Of a stretch of 64,000 bases of DNA, positions 25,095 to 34,321 are shown piece by piece (within the stretch, counting starts at the first letter, position 1; every line of letters starts with the position of its first letter). This DNA is from Pyrinomonadaceae bacterium (GTDB lineage Bacteria; Acidobacteriota; Blastocatellia; Pyrinomonadales; Pyrinomonadaceae). A model generated the notes under the pieces. The model made no database searches and was not told the DNA's origin. It saw nothing but the letters and a program-made list of their open reading frames with translations. The stretch spans positions 13,873-77,872 of the forward strand of contig DASZZL010000159.1 of the NCBI GenBank assembly GCA_035545035.1, read 5' to 3'. The position numbers were made by a program, and so were the translations under genes.

Positions 25095-25981
25095 TACTCT
25101 TCCTCCTTTGATTGAACTGCTCCGGGCTTGAAGAATTCTGGATTTCCTTCCACCAGCTCGCAGTAAGAAGCCAGACAGAATTCCAACCAGCCGCGGATGA
25201 ATCCACAGGCTGACTCGGTTCTGCTCGACGCTTCCTGGTGGCAGCCGCCCGAACACAAATATCTGGCCCAGCACTGGCGGCATGCCGCCTGTGCGTGAAC
25301 GTGTCTGGCTGAAAGAAACTCTTGCTGCCGCGTCCGCTCGATTCCCTCATTATCGCCGAGGTAATAGGCGGCAGAGCCAATGGCGCGGTGGCAGGCATAC
25401 CAATCTCCATTGGCGGCAACGGAAAAATATCCGCCACCCGCCCCGCACGGATAGGGAGAGCTTGCGCCGCGGTAAAGCTGCTTGAGCCCAACGGCTAAGT
25501 TGGTAAGACGAATTGATTCACCGTGACGCGCACGTTCAAGCTCCGGCTCTGCCGTCTCGGTAAGCGCGGCGAGATATTTGGGCCAGTCCTCGTCCTTGAG
25601 CGCTCCAGCGTTCTCTCCGGCTGCCCGTAATGGAGCGAACCCAACCTCCGGAAAACCCATTGAGAGAATCGCCTCGAACCGTTTCCGCAGATTGAGGTCA
25701 AAGCGCGTGACTGTGGCACGAGCGGCGATGAAGGCCGACCCGGGATTGGATAAGAGTGACTTTGTGGCATCGCGCAAGAGTGCGTATGAGCCGTGTTGAT
25801 TAACCGGCAGCGGCCTTTGCAGATTCTGTATCCGCGCTCCACCGTCCACACTCACCGTCACAGCAAAGCGATGTCTTCTGAAAAGTTCGATATCTTCCTC
25901 ACGCAGGAGCGTTCCGTTTGTAGTTACTGAAAATCGCACGTCCAGCCCGCGCTTGTCTCCTTCGGCAGCCGCGAATTGCAC
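25094..25981 (-). pseudogene. Radical-SAM/SPASM maturase lacking the N-terminal CX3CX2C core (5'-truncated or stand-alone SPASM half)
   Basis: Begins at TNGTLL. Intact SPASM Cys pattern (YPCGAGGGYFSVAANGDWYACH, CRQCWARYLCSGGCH..ACGF..C). In-frame stop 5 codons upstream of GTG 25981. No CX3CX2C in any minus frame up to 26460. Its TAA overlaps ATG 25094. Confidence 0.65.
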
Positions 25982-26292
25982 TGACTGATGTGGAACTTAT
26001 TCGGTTTCGATTTACTCCGGCACGCGGTCACTCTTATGGTCCGCCGCAAGCGGCGCAGCCGCACCCGTCAATGACGGGAACATTCGCGCCCGTTGAGGCC
26101 AGCCGGGCTTTCTTGAATCAAAACACCGCCTGGGTCACGTTCCGCGGCAACATTCCGTACGATCCACCGCAGGACACCTATGATGGGGCGGACATCGGTG
26201 ACGATACGTCGCTTGGCGTGGTAGATGACACTTGCGGAGCACGCGTAGAAATAAGTCTGCGACTACCGGCGCCGGTGAACAAGTGGGTAGAG

Positions 26293-26415
26293 TCACCCAA
26301 TCCGCGCAGCCGCGGAGAAACTGCGATTGTAGGCGTCCTGAGGTTTGGTGCTGCCTCCGAGCCGCGCGATCGCGATCGCTGGAGTAACAAAAATCGTCTG
26401 AATGACCTCCGCCAT
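26293..26415 (-). CDS. 40-codon ORF whose N-terminus matches the canonical LodA-family start (PAIAIARLGGS)
   Basis: AAGGAG sits 9 nt upstream of ATG 26415. MAEVIQTIFVTPAIAIARLGGSTKPQDAYNRSFSAAARIG, then stop. Too short for the ORF track. Confidence 0.35.
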   Translation of the reverse strand: MAEVIQTIFVTPAIAIARLGGSTKPQDAYNRSFSAAARIG

Positions 26416-26777
26416 TTTTGAGAACTCCTTTTTGTGACTATAGGGACGGGCTTGCTTCATTCGACTGGCAAAGCGCCGGTCAGGGGCGTTACCTTCAACT
26501 AATCACTGTCACCGCCGCTTCTTGCGACAAGTGGGGGCCATAGAACCACAAAGATCCTGTGCATGGACCAAGGCTGGATTAGCGAGTATGCAAGACCGGG
26601 CAGGCTCGTGAGAATTCAGCCTTCGCAAATGAATAGCGGGCGCACAATATTCTCTTTCCCGCAAAAAATCAATTGCTTTTTGGGGCCTTGATGGATCGAC
26701 AAGATTGTCCCCCCATGTATTGTCCCCCATGTAAACGAACAGCGGCTTTGCTGGCCGCTGTAAGTTGCTGATTACTA

Positions 26778-26854
26778 TGGTAGCGGGGGGCAGGATCGAA
26801 CTGCCGACCTTGGGGTTATGAATCCCACGCTCTAACCATCTGAGCTACCCCGCC
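26778..26854 (-). tRNA. tRNA-Met (anticodon CAT; could be a lysidine-modified tRNA-Ile2), CCA encoded
   Basis: Reverse complement reads GGCGGGGTAGCTCAGATGGTTAGAGCGTGGGATTCATAACCCCAAGGTCGGCAGTTCGATCCTGCCCCCCGCTACCA. Cloverleaf arms fold by hand. Position 1-72 is paired, so it is not an initiator. Confidence 0.85.
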
Positions 26855-26864
26855 ACGGGAACTG

Positions 26865-26870
26865 ATTATA
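26865..26870 (-). promoter_or_regulatory. Possible -10 box (TATAAT) for the tRNA gene
   Basis: A perfect TATAAT on the minus strand lies 10 nt upstream of the tRNA 5' end. The -35 is weak. Confidence 0.3.
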
Positions 26871-26892
26871 AAGTTAGATCGGCCGGCGCGAA

Positions 26893-27162
26893 AGCGCAAA
26901 GGAAAAGAGCTAAGGGGTAAAGGGGTAAGGGGGAAGCAGTGAGCAGGAGGTAGGAGGCCGCCTTCGATTTCGGATTGCGAACCTGAAAAGCAAAGGGCAA
27001 AGGAAGGGGGTAAGGGCAAAGGGGTAAGGGAAGATTTCAGATTCGAGATTTTAGGTTTGAGATTTCAGATTCCAGACTTGAGATTTAAGATTCGAGATTT
27101 GAGATTCAGCATTCGAGATTGAAGTCTTGAAATCTGAAACTTGAAACTTGAAACTTGAAACC
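26893..27162. repeat. Low-complexity 'word' repeat tract (AAGGGGTAA units, then GAGATTT/CAGATTC/GAAACTT units)
   Basis: AAGGGGTAAAGGGGTAAGGGGG..GGGGGTAAGGGCAAAGGGGTAAGGG, followed by about 130 nt of 7-8 nt units ending TGAAACTTGAAACTTGAAACTTGAAACC. Confidence 0.8.
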
Positions 27163-27164
27163 AA

Positions 27165-27959
27165 TCACCCGGTCCGGCCGCTTTCGAGCGCTTTCAAAAG
27201 CTGATCGACCAACTCGACTTCTTCATCGCCGGGCTCGAGTTCCTTGTACTTATGCAGGGCCTTCGTGGCGGCGGCGACATCCGTCAGCCGGTGATAAACC
27301 AGGGCGAGATTGTAATAAACCAGCGAGAAGTTCGGCTCGATTTGCGCCGCCGCTTCGTAATGCAAACGCGCGAGCGGAAAGTCGCCCGCGTCGTAGTAGA
27401 GGTTGCCGAGGTTGTAGTGCGCTTCGACGTGCCGGGGATCGTGTTTCAAAGACTGCGTGAAGTTGTCGAGCGCGCCAATCGAATTGCCCCTATCCAGATC
27501 GATGATTCCCAGATTGCAGTATGCTTCCGCGACGTTGTCGCCCTCGCCAATAGCTTCAGCGTAAAACTCGGCGGCCTTTACGTCACCTCGCTCATGCAGC
27601 ATGAGAGCTTCTTCGAAAGGCGTCAGCAAGCGCGCGATTTGTCCGCCGGCGGGCCGAAACAAACTTAACTGGCCCTGAAGCTCGGCCTCGATCTGCTTGA
27701 TCGTCAAACCCTGCGAGCGCATTTCGCGCACGCGTCGAAAGAGCGTGAGCGCCTGGAAATCGTAAGTGAAGTCTACGCCGTCGGCAGCCGGCGTGCCCTG
27801 AATGATTCCGGCTTCAGTCCAGCGACGAACGGTGCGTTCGCTCAGACCAAACAGTTGTTTGATCTCGCGAACCGAATAGCTGGATTTGACACGTTGGTAA
27901 TCCGCCTTTGGGGGAACGGAGGACGGGAACGAGAGAATCTTCCGACTCTTTTCAGTCAT
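27165..27959 (-). CDS. MerR-type HTH transcriptional regulator with C-terminal TPR repeats
   Basis: YSVREIKQLFGLSERTVRRWTEAGII, then TPR-like AEAYCNLGIIDL, VEAHYNLGNLYY, SLVYYNLALVYH. Confidence 0.8.
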   Translation of the reverse strand: MTEKSRKILSFPSSVPPKADYQRVKSSYSVREIKQLFGLSERTVRRWTEAGIIQGTPAADGVDFTYDFQALTLFRRVREMRSQGLTIKQIEAELQGQLSLFRPAGGQIARLLTPFEEALMLHERGDVKAAEFYAEAIGEGDNVAEAYCNLGIIDLDRGNSIGALDNFTQSLKHDPRHVEAHYNLGNLYYDAGDFPLARLHYEAAAQIEPNFSLVYYNLALVYHRLTDVAAATKALHKYKELEPGDEEVELVDQLLKALESGRTG

Positions 27960-27991
27960 GCTCAGGGTATCAGCCTATCACGAAAAATGCG

Positions 27992-28882
27992 CTATGCGGA
28001 ATCTTTATGCTGCTTTTCTACGCGCTCCAGCTCGCAGTTGATTTCGCCGCCTAAAAGAATTGCCGCACCCGTAAGATAAAACCACAACATCAAAACGATG
28101 AGCGCGCCCAGCGAGCCATACGTCGCGCTGTACGAATTGAAAAAATGCAGATAGAGACGAAAACCGAGCGACACCAGCAGCCACAGCGTGACCGCAACAA
28201 GAACTCCCGGCGACAACCAGCGCCGGCGATAGTCGGACGCCGGTAGGCGTCGACCGCGGCGCTTCGCGGCCAGGTTGGGAGCAAACTGATAGATGAGTGA
28301 GAACGTCACGAAGACAAACGTAAGCGCGAGAGGCCACTGAAGAATTCTCCAGGCCACGATGAACGCGTCTCCCTCGTAGATCAGCGCGGCGAAGAAATGC
28401 CCGAGTCTTCCACCGTAAAGCACAATCAGCAACGCGGAAATAATCAAAGTCGACAACGCAATTGTTAAGGCGATTGAAACCAGTCGAATCTTCCACCAGG
28501 GCCGAGTCTCGCGCACGTCGTAGGCGGCGTTCAGCGATTGACCGATGGCATTCATTCCGCTCGACGCGGCCCACAACGCGGCCAACAACCCAAACGATAG
28601 CTTGCCCCCGCCCCTCGCCGCGGTAACTTCATTTATCGTGGCGACGACCAGTTCCAACGCAGATCCTGGAATGACCGAGTTAAGATAGGAAATCAGCTTG
28701 TCGCGTAGACGCGAGCCCGCGCCATCGAAATAACCGAAGAGCGTAATCAGGAAAAGCAGTAGCGGAAATAGCGCGAGCAGGAAATAGTAGGACAACTGCG
28801 CGGCGCGATCGAAGATTTCGTCTTCATTCGCCCGGGCCCAAACGCGCGCGAGAAAGTCTTTGGATATCAGGCGGCTGAGCAC
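27992..28882 (-). CDS. YihY/BrkB-family inner-membrane protein
   Basis: DRAAQLSYYFLLALFPLLLF, six hydrophobic segments, typical length. GTG start. Confidence 0.85.
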   Translation of the reverse strand: MLSRLISKDFLARVWARANEDEIFDRAAQLSYYFLLALFPLLLFLITLFGYFDGAGSRLRDKLISYLNSVIPGSALELVVATINEVTAARGGGKLSFGLLAALWAASSGMNAIGQSLNAAYDVRETRPWWKIRLVSIALTIALSTLIISALLIVLYGGRLGHFFAALIYEGDAFIVAWRILQWPLALTFVFVTFSLIYQFAPNLAAKRRGRRLPASDYRRRWLSPGVLVAVTLWLLVSLGFRLYLHFFNSYSATYGSLGALIVLMLWFYLTGAAILLGGEINCELERVEKQHKDSA

Positions 28883-28896
28883 GAGCGTTCCCGCAA

Positions 28897-29802
28897 TTAT
28901 CTCACCATCGTTCCGGTGCGGCTCCAGCGAGTTTGCGTGAAAAAGTTAACGGGGCCAAAGTCTTTGGTTTCATCAAACGACCAGTAAACAAACATGGCCC
29001 GACCAATGATCAGATCGCGTGGAACAAATCCCCAGGCTCGGCTGTCGAGACTGTTGTCGCGATCGTCGCCCATTACGAAGTATTCATTCTCAGGGACTCT
29101 GGCCGGCTTGCCGTTAACGGCATAGTGAAAATCGGAGCCCGCGCGCAAGTCCTGCCCTTCGCGGGCGGCAATGACATTCTTTGAACTGTAGTAGACATCG
29201 TAAGATTCGTTCTGGCGGGGCGTGTCTTCTTTTATCTCAAGCGGCGCTTTGTCATTGGTATCATCGGCAACGACAATCAAATGTTCCGGCAGCTGCTGGC
29301 CGTTGATGTAAACGTGTAGTCCCCTCACTTCCACCAGGTCTCCGGGCAGGCCGATCACTCGCTTCACGTAATTAACTTTGTAAGGAATGTTGTCTTCCAT
29401 CTTGTCGCGGTCCGGATTATTTGGATTGCCTGGGTATTTGAAAACGATAATGTCGCCGCGCCGGATCTCGCGCTGCGGCAGGAAAGGAAGGCGCGGGCCA
29501 GGCCCAAAAACAAATTTATTGACGAGCAGATGGTCGCCGACGGTTATGGTGTTCTCCATCGAGGCCGTTGGGACTTTGACAGCCTGGACGATAAACGTCA
29601 TGCCGAACAACGCCATGATTATGGTGACGACTGCTGATTCGAAGTACTCGCGAAAAACGGTTTTGGGCGGGCCTGCTGGTTCAGCCTCGACCTCTGACTC
29701 GCGTTCGCGGCCGTTGGGATTGACTGAGCGAGAACCGAATGCGCCGGTCGTTTCCTTCGGCTTCTTTTCCGTTGTGGTTGCTGACTCAATCATTGCGGAC
29801 AT
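28897..29802 (-). CDS. lepB: Signal peptidase I
   Basis: PTASMENTI (Ser), GDHLLVNKF, RGDIIVFKYP, YVKRVIGLPGD (Lys), GDDRDNSLDSR. ATG 29802 (TTG 29817 is also possible). Confidence 0.9.
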   Translation of the reverse strand: MSAMIESATTTEKKPKETTGAFGSRSVNPNGRERESEVEAEPAGPPKTVFREYFESAVVTIIMALFGMTFIVQAVKVPTASMENTITVGDHLLVNKFVFGPGPRLPFLPQREIRRGDIIVFKYPGNPNNPDRDKMEDNIPYKVNYVKRVIGLPGDLVEVRGLHVYINGQQLPEHLIVVADDTNDKAPLEIKEDTPRQNESYDVYYSSKNVIAAREGQDLRAGSDFHYAVNGKPARVPENEYFVMGDDRDNSLDSRAWGFVPRDLIIGRAMFVYWSFDETKDFGPVNFFTQTRWSRTGTMVR

Positions 29803-29929
29803 CGTAGAGGTTAGCAAGCATCGTGGTCAAGCAACGCTTCGATAACGGCGTTTCGGAGTACCGACTTTAGTCGGGTCTTTGTTGTCTGGGAAAAGGCCCA
29901 ACTAAAGTTGGTACTCAAAACTCCGTTGT

Positions 29930-30655
29930 TCACCCGCCCTCCATTTGTTTCAGGGCCAATTGCGCCGCGGCGGCTTCCGCGGCTTTGATCGTGTTGCCTT
30001 CCCCACGCGCGCTGCCGCCATTCCATTTCAGTTCGACATGAAACCTGCGCCGGTGCGGCGGGCCCAGAGTTTCGACCACGGTGTACTGCGGCGCGGTCTG
30101 TCGAGCCGCTTGCAGTTTCTCTTGCAGCATGGTCTTCGGGTCGGCCGCCGCCGCCGCCACGGGATTAGCATCTCGCAACTCTTCGTTCAAGGCGCGCTCG
30201 ACAAACTTTGTCACGGCTTCGAATCCGCCGTCCACAAAAATTGCGCCAGTAACCGCTTCGAAGACGTCTGAGAGCAGAGCGTGCTTGCGCCGGCCGCCGC
30301 TCTTCTCTTCTCCGCGTCCGAAGCGCACAAATTCACCCAGACCTAATTCAGTCGACGCCTTCGCCAGCGTTGGCGCGCTGACCAGCCGGTGCTTCATGCG
30401 CGAAAGCTCGCCTTCGCTCGCTTGCGGATAAGCTTTGAAGAGATAATCCGCGACTACCAAACCCAGAATCGAATCACCGAGGAATTCAAGCGCTTCGTTG
30501 TGCAGCTGCCGGGCGTCGTGCTGGAAACGGGGCGCCACCTGCTCGTGCGCCCACGAACGATGCGTCATCGCCTGCGTCAACAGATTGTGATCGCGGAATC
30601 GATAGCCGATCACTTCTTCCAGGGTGTCCGACTTTTCGAGGGTGGTTGGTTTCAC
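29930..30655 (-). CDS. rnc: Ribonuclease III
   Basis: LEEVIGYRFRDHNLLTQAMTHRS, NEALEFLGDSILG, C-terminal dsRBD (DPKTMLQEKLQA..PHRRRFHVEL). GTG 30655 chosen because the longer track ORF overlaps the upstream gene. Confidence 0.85.
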   Translation of the reverse strand: MKPTTLEKSDTLEEVIGYRFRDHNLLTQAMTHRSWAHEQVAPRFQHDARQLHNEALEFLGDSILGLVVADYLFKAYPQASEGELSRMKHRLVSAPTLAKASTELGLGEFVRFGRGEEKSGGRRKHALLSDVFEAVTGAIFVDGGFEAVTKFVERALNEELRDANPVAAAAADPKTMLQEKLQAARQTAPQYTVVETLGPPHRRRFHVELKWNGGSARGEGNTIKAAEAAAAQLALKQMEGG

Positions 30656-30761
30656 CGTGACGATTCTAGCAAAACGCCGAACGCAGCGTCGAAGTGACGA
30701 TGCGCTCGGCGTTGGGACTTGAAAGCCGCACGCGAAGATGCGGACTTTCGGATAACTCAGT

Positions 30762-31946
30762 TTACCCGCGGCTTTGGTTAGCGCGACGGGGCTTTGGCTT
30801 GTTACTCGGCGTCGGACTTGGGCTCGGCTTAGCGCCGCTGGTTGTCTTATTGACGTTCTGCGCTCCAGTTCCGCCGGTTGAGCCCGTCTTAATCTGACCG
30901 TTGGTGCCTGTGTTGCTCGATGTCGTGCCGTTTGTTCCAGACGGCGAGCCATTTGTCGCCGGAGTCGTGGTCGGCGTTGTCGTCGAAGTCGGCAGCGAAG
31001 TAAGAGGCGTTGGAACATCCGGCAAGGGCTTCGAAAGAATTCCCGCGACCAGTTCATTCAGGCCGGTCTCAGACTTATTCCGATACTTGTACAGCCCTGT
31101 GAGCTCGTCCATTACCGCCTTCTTGTCGGCGGCGGCAGTTGTGAGCGCAGCCAACCGAGCATAGGCGTCGATCTCACGATCAATAATCTGATCGACATTC
31201 GCAGCTGCAAGTTTGCTTTCAGGCGTTTCGGGTTTGCCCTTGTACTTAGACTCGTAGTCCTCAGTCAGTTTCGCGCGTGGACCTTTCTCGTAGGCCGTCA
31301 GAATGTCTAGGTAGGTGGCCGGGCTCTTCTTCAAGTCACTCTCGTAACGCGCCGCCTTTATCAGATACGGAAGTGCGTCTCCCGGGGCGTTCTGAAGATT
31401 GGCCTTTCCTATAGCGTAGTTCAGCGCAGCCAGTGCCCTATCCTTAGAGTCGTAAGGCGCGAATGGCTTTCCGGCCTCGATCATCTCAATTGCCTTTTTC
31501 GCGTACTGAGCTGAATCAGCGAGGACTGTTGCGTCTCCCAAACCGGCAACTCCCATGATGATATACACCGCGGGGTTGTCAGGATTACTGGCAAGCACCA
31601 GCTTCCCGACCCTCATTTGTTCGGCATAGTTCTTTTGCTTAAAGGCGTCTTCGAACTGCTTCTTAACTGTCGCACGTGCGGTCATTTCGTCAAACGGCAC
31701 GACAAACTTGATCTTCATAAACTCAGCTATCTTGTCGGCCGGATCTTCGGGACAGGAAGTCAAATAAAGTTTAGCGGCATCGTAAGCAATCTTTTGCTGA
31801 GGCGGCTCTCCCTTGTAGTTCTTAAGAAACGTGTCATACCACGCGGCCTTATTCTCGTCGTTGCACTCCTTCGCCTGGGCCAAGGCCGGCGCTGCGAATA
31901 CCGCCAACATCGCAGCGAGTGTCACTAATTTGATCGTCTGTCTCAT
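30762..31946 (-). CDS. Secreted helical protein with Thr/Pro/Gly-rich C-terminal tail
   Basis: GGAGG RBS, ATG 31946, signal MRQTIKLVTLAAMLAVFAAPALAQA. Low-complexity tail TSLPTSTTTPTTTPATNGSPSGTNG... Confidence 0.6.
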   Translation of the reverse strand: MRQTIKLVTLAAMLAVFAAPALAQAKECNDENKAAWYDTFLKNYKGEPPQQKIAYDAAKLYLTSCPEDPADKIAEFMKIKFVVPFDEMTARATVKKQFEDAFKQKNYAEQMRVGKLVLASNPDNPAVYIIMGVAGLGDATVLADSAQYAKKAIEMIEAGKPFAPYDSKDRALAALNYAIGKANLQNAPGDALPYLIKAARYESDLKKSPATYLDILTAYEKGPRAKLTEDYESKYKGKPETPESKLAAANVDQIIDREIDAYARLAALTTAAADKKAVMDELTGLYKYRNKSETGLNELVAGILSKPLPDVPTPLTSLPTSTTTPTTTPATNGSPSGTNGTTSSNTGTNGQIKTGSTGGTGAQNVNKTTSGAKPSPSPTPSNKPKPRRANQSRG

Positions 31947-32289
31947 TGGTTTGCTAAAAGCCTCCGATCGATTCCTTCTCAACTTCTTGCGTCAAACTGT
32001 CGGGAGTTGCCGACTGCCCTCACTAGGCCGACGATTAAGATGCAATTCCCAAGCCGCTCGTTGTCGTAACTGTTGGGTCTTCGCCCGCTTCCAGAAAGAG
32101 AGGTTGCCAAAGCGAACGGCAATAATCACGCAACAGTCGCCTGAGTGTCAAGCCCTGCAAGTTGGAAAGGAGCGCCCGGCGTGGCTGAGCCGACGATTAA
32201 AGGAAAAACGCCGAACTCTCGCAATCAAATTACGCGAGTTCGGCGTTCGTAGTCTTGCGCCAAACCGGTTCTAAAAAACCGAAATGGTG

Positions 32290-33972
32290 TTAGCGCTGGT
32301 CAGGCTGAATTCGGCGCGGCCGTCCGTCGTTCGCTTCTTTCGAATTCGTCTTGGCCGGAGTCGCAGTCGGCTTGGCAGCCGGCTTTCCCTTGTTTTCGAT
32401 GGTCATTACCGTAGGCTTGACCTTGCTCTTAGGCTCAGTCCCAGCCGCGTTGTTTCCGTTCGCGTTTGCGTTCCCCGCGGTCGTATTGTCGGCTGAGTTG
32501 TCGCCGTTCTCTTCGGCTTCCATCGCGGCTTTGGTTTCCGCATTCTCTTCGTTCAGCGCCGCGGCCTTCTTATTGCCATTTCCGGTCGGCGTTTCGTCAC
32601 CCTCGTCCGCTGCCGCAATCTGGAAATTAATCAGGGTGCCAAAGCGCGGGCTGAGGGCGCGGTAGATGTTGCCGGCGACGGCCGCGGGCAAGTGACCATG
32701 GGCGTCCGTGCCGCGCGTAATCACGACCACCGCCAGCCGCGGATTTACGACCGGCGCGTACGAAGTGAACAATCCCAGCCATGCTCCCTGGCCGATGCAC
32801 GTGCCGGTTTTTCCCGCGACGGTTTGTTCCGGACGATAAGCTCTCTTGCCAGAACCATAATTGACGGCGCCAATCATTCCGGGAACCATGCGCTTCCAGG
32901 TTTCATCGCTGATATTGATTCTGCGCCGCACTTCGGTCTTGAAGTGCGCGTCCTCTGCCGGCGTGCGCGGCAGATGGGGAACCAGCAGTTTGCCACCGTT
33001 CGACATTGCCGAAACCAAACTCGCCAATTGAATAGCCGTGATCTCAAAATCGTCGCCATGCGAACTCATGTGATTCACGGCGTAGCCTGACTTGAACAGC
33101 GGCACTTTGCCCGGCGACTCGTTCGCGTAATTGATGCCCGTCTTTTCGCCCAGGCCCAATTGGCGCGCGTACAAGACCATCTTGTCAAAGCCGACCTGGC
33201 CGCCGACACTCTGGAAATATGAGTTGTTTGAGTAAGCCAGCGCGTCCGTCAGATCGATCCGATATTTACTGCCGTCGCTGACTGTTTCGATGGGCTGAAT
33301 AACCTTCTCGCACAAGCCGGCGACGCCCGTAACCAATTTGATCGTCGAGCAGGGTTTGAATCCGCGGCGCAGCGCCCATTCTTGATTGACGACGGTGTAC
33401 ACGCGGCCCGACCTTGGATCCATCACGACGACTGTGCCGGCATGATTGCCCAGCGCAGCGATCGCGGCATTGCGAACTTCCAGGTCTTCGCCGACCGTGC
33501 TGTCCTTGGCGATGTTGGCCTGGACTTCGTTGCGCATTCCTTCGTCCAGCGCTCGCTGCCGAGCGATCGCTGCAAGTCGCGCAGCCTCAGCGCGACGACG
33601 AGCTTCTTCAATTTCGCGTCGATGCCTCGACGAAAACTTTCGCATCTCGGCGGCGCGTTCGCGCTTGCTCAGCTTGTGGCCGGCGCGTCGCTCGAGCTTT
33701 GCCATGTAAGCCGATTCTTCGCGCGCCAATCGCGCGCGCTCGGCGCGCATTTCTCTTTTCGACAAACGCCCGCGTCCGCGGCGTCCCGAGCGCGCCAGCA
33801 GACGACGCTCATGTCGCGACAACCGTCCGCCGCGCGCTACTCGGCGCGCAGCGCGCCCTCGCGAGTGTCTCCCGCGTGCCGAAGTCTCAGTTGTGGTAAA
33901 ACCGATTAGAGTGAAGAGAAGAAAGAAAGCAAATGCTACCCGTGCAACCCTGAGGGAACGTATTAAATTCAT
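32290..33972 (-). CDS. Penicillin-binding transpeptidase-domain protein with Arg-rich N-terminal coiled region
   Basis: AGGAG 6 nt before ATG 33972. SxxK (CSTIK), SxN (YSNNS), KTG (GKTGT). Confidence 0.8.
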   Translation of the reverse strand: MNLIRSLRVARVAFAFFLLFTLIGFTTTETSARGRHSRGRAARRVARGGRLSRHERRLLARSGRRGRGRLSKREMRAERARLAREESAYMAKLERRAGHKLSKRERAAEMRKFSSRHRREIEEARRRAEAARLAAIARQRALDEGMRNEVQANIAKDSTVGEDLEVRNAAIAALGNHAGTVVVMDPRSGRVYTVVNQEWALRRGFKPCSTIKLVTGVAGLCEKVIQPIETVSDGSKYRIDLTDALAYSNNSYFQSVGGQVGFDKMVLYARQLGLGEKTGINYANESPGKVPLFKSGYAVNHMSSHGDDFEITAIQLASLVSAMSNGGKLLVPHLPRTPAEDAHFKTEVRRRINISDETWKRMVPGMIGAVNYGSGKRAYRPEQTVAGKTGTCIGQGAWLGLFTSYAPVVNPRLAVVVITRGTDAHGHLPAAVAGNIYRALSPRFGTLINFQIAAADEGDETPTGNGNKKAAALNEENAETKAAMEAEENGDNSADNTTAGNANANGNNAAGTEPKSKVKPTVMTIENKGKPAAKPTATPAKTNSKEANDGRPRRIQPDQR

Positions 33973-34321
33973 CAGCAACTCCTCGTTTAAAGATTCTGCA
34001 AATCCAGCACGCTCGAGGCGAAACCAGATAAAGTCTCGTTGCTTTGATTTGCACGCCGAGGGGCGACGCGCGCTACTCGTCCTCTTAAGTCCAGAAACCG
34101 CTAAGGGCGCTCAAAAACCCGTTACCTAGACTCTTGAAATACCTTCCGTCACCAGTCTAAAAAACGTGAGGCGGGATCACCTCCCGCGGGGCAGCTTCTG
34201 GGGAGTTTGCTTTGAAGCCAAGCCAACTATAACATCAGCTTAAGCAAACGGCAACTAGAAATGATGGCTCCGAAATCGCTTGTTGGGGCAAGCGGGCAAG
34301 TCATTTTGGTGTCTTCGGAAA

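Noticed and set aside
25982-26292. Search for the missing radical-SAM CX3CX2C core, or a Cys-rich precursor peptide such as ..VIDGCGCAACGGP
   Set aside because: All three minus-strand frames were translated by hand. There is no CX3CX2C. The Cys-rich stretch has no plausible start codon and is consistent with chance in GC-rich DNA.
25990-26421. 143-aa plus-strand ORF filling the gap upstream of the SPASM ORF
   Set aside because: It has a GTG start without an RBS and no motifs. It lies antisense to a minus-strand start that has a strong Shine-Dalgarno and a LodA-type N-terminus. It was kept only as context for the deletion-scar hypothesis.
26509-26730. 73-aa minus-strand ORF next to the tRNA, starting with the direct repeat GGGGGACAAT x2
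   Set aside because: No RBS and no recognisable motif. It is probably non-coding. The 10-mer duplication is too short to call an att site.
22285-26778. tRNA-Met-linked genomic island containing the LodA-like operon
   Set aside because: The operon lies on the 3' side of the tRNA. However, I found no integrase, no duplicate of the tRNA 3' end near 22.2 kb, and no compositional shift.
27033-27162. Possible CRISPR array
   Set aside because: The repeat unit is only 7-8 nt, there are no unique spacers of 25-40 nt, and there are no cas genes. It is a simple-sequence word repeat.
29930-31057. 375-aa version of the RNase III ORF
   Set aside because: The N-terminal 130 residues are Arg-rich and overlap the 3' end of the upstream gene 30762..31946. 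RNase III homology begins at LEEVIGYRF, so a GTG at 30655 was preferred.
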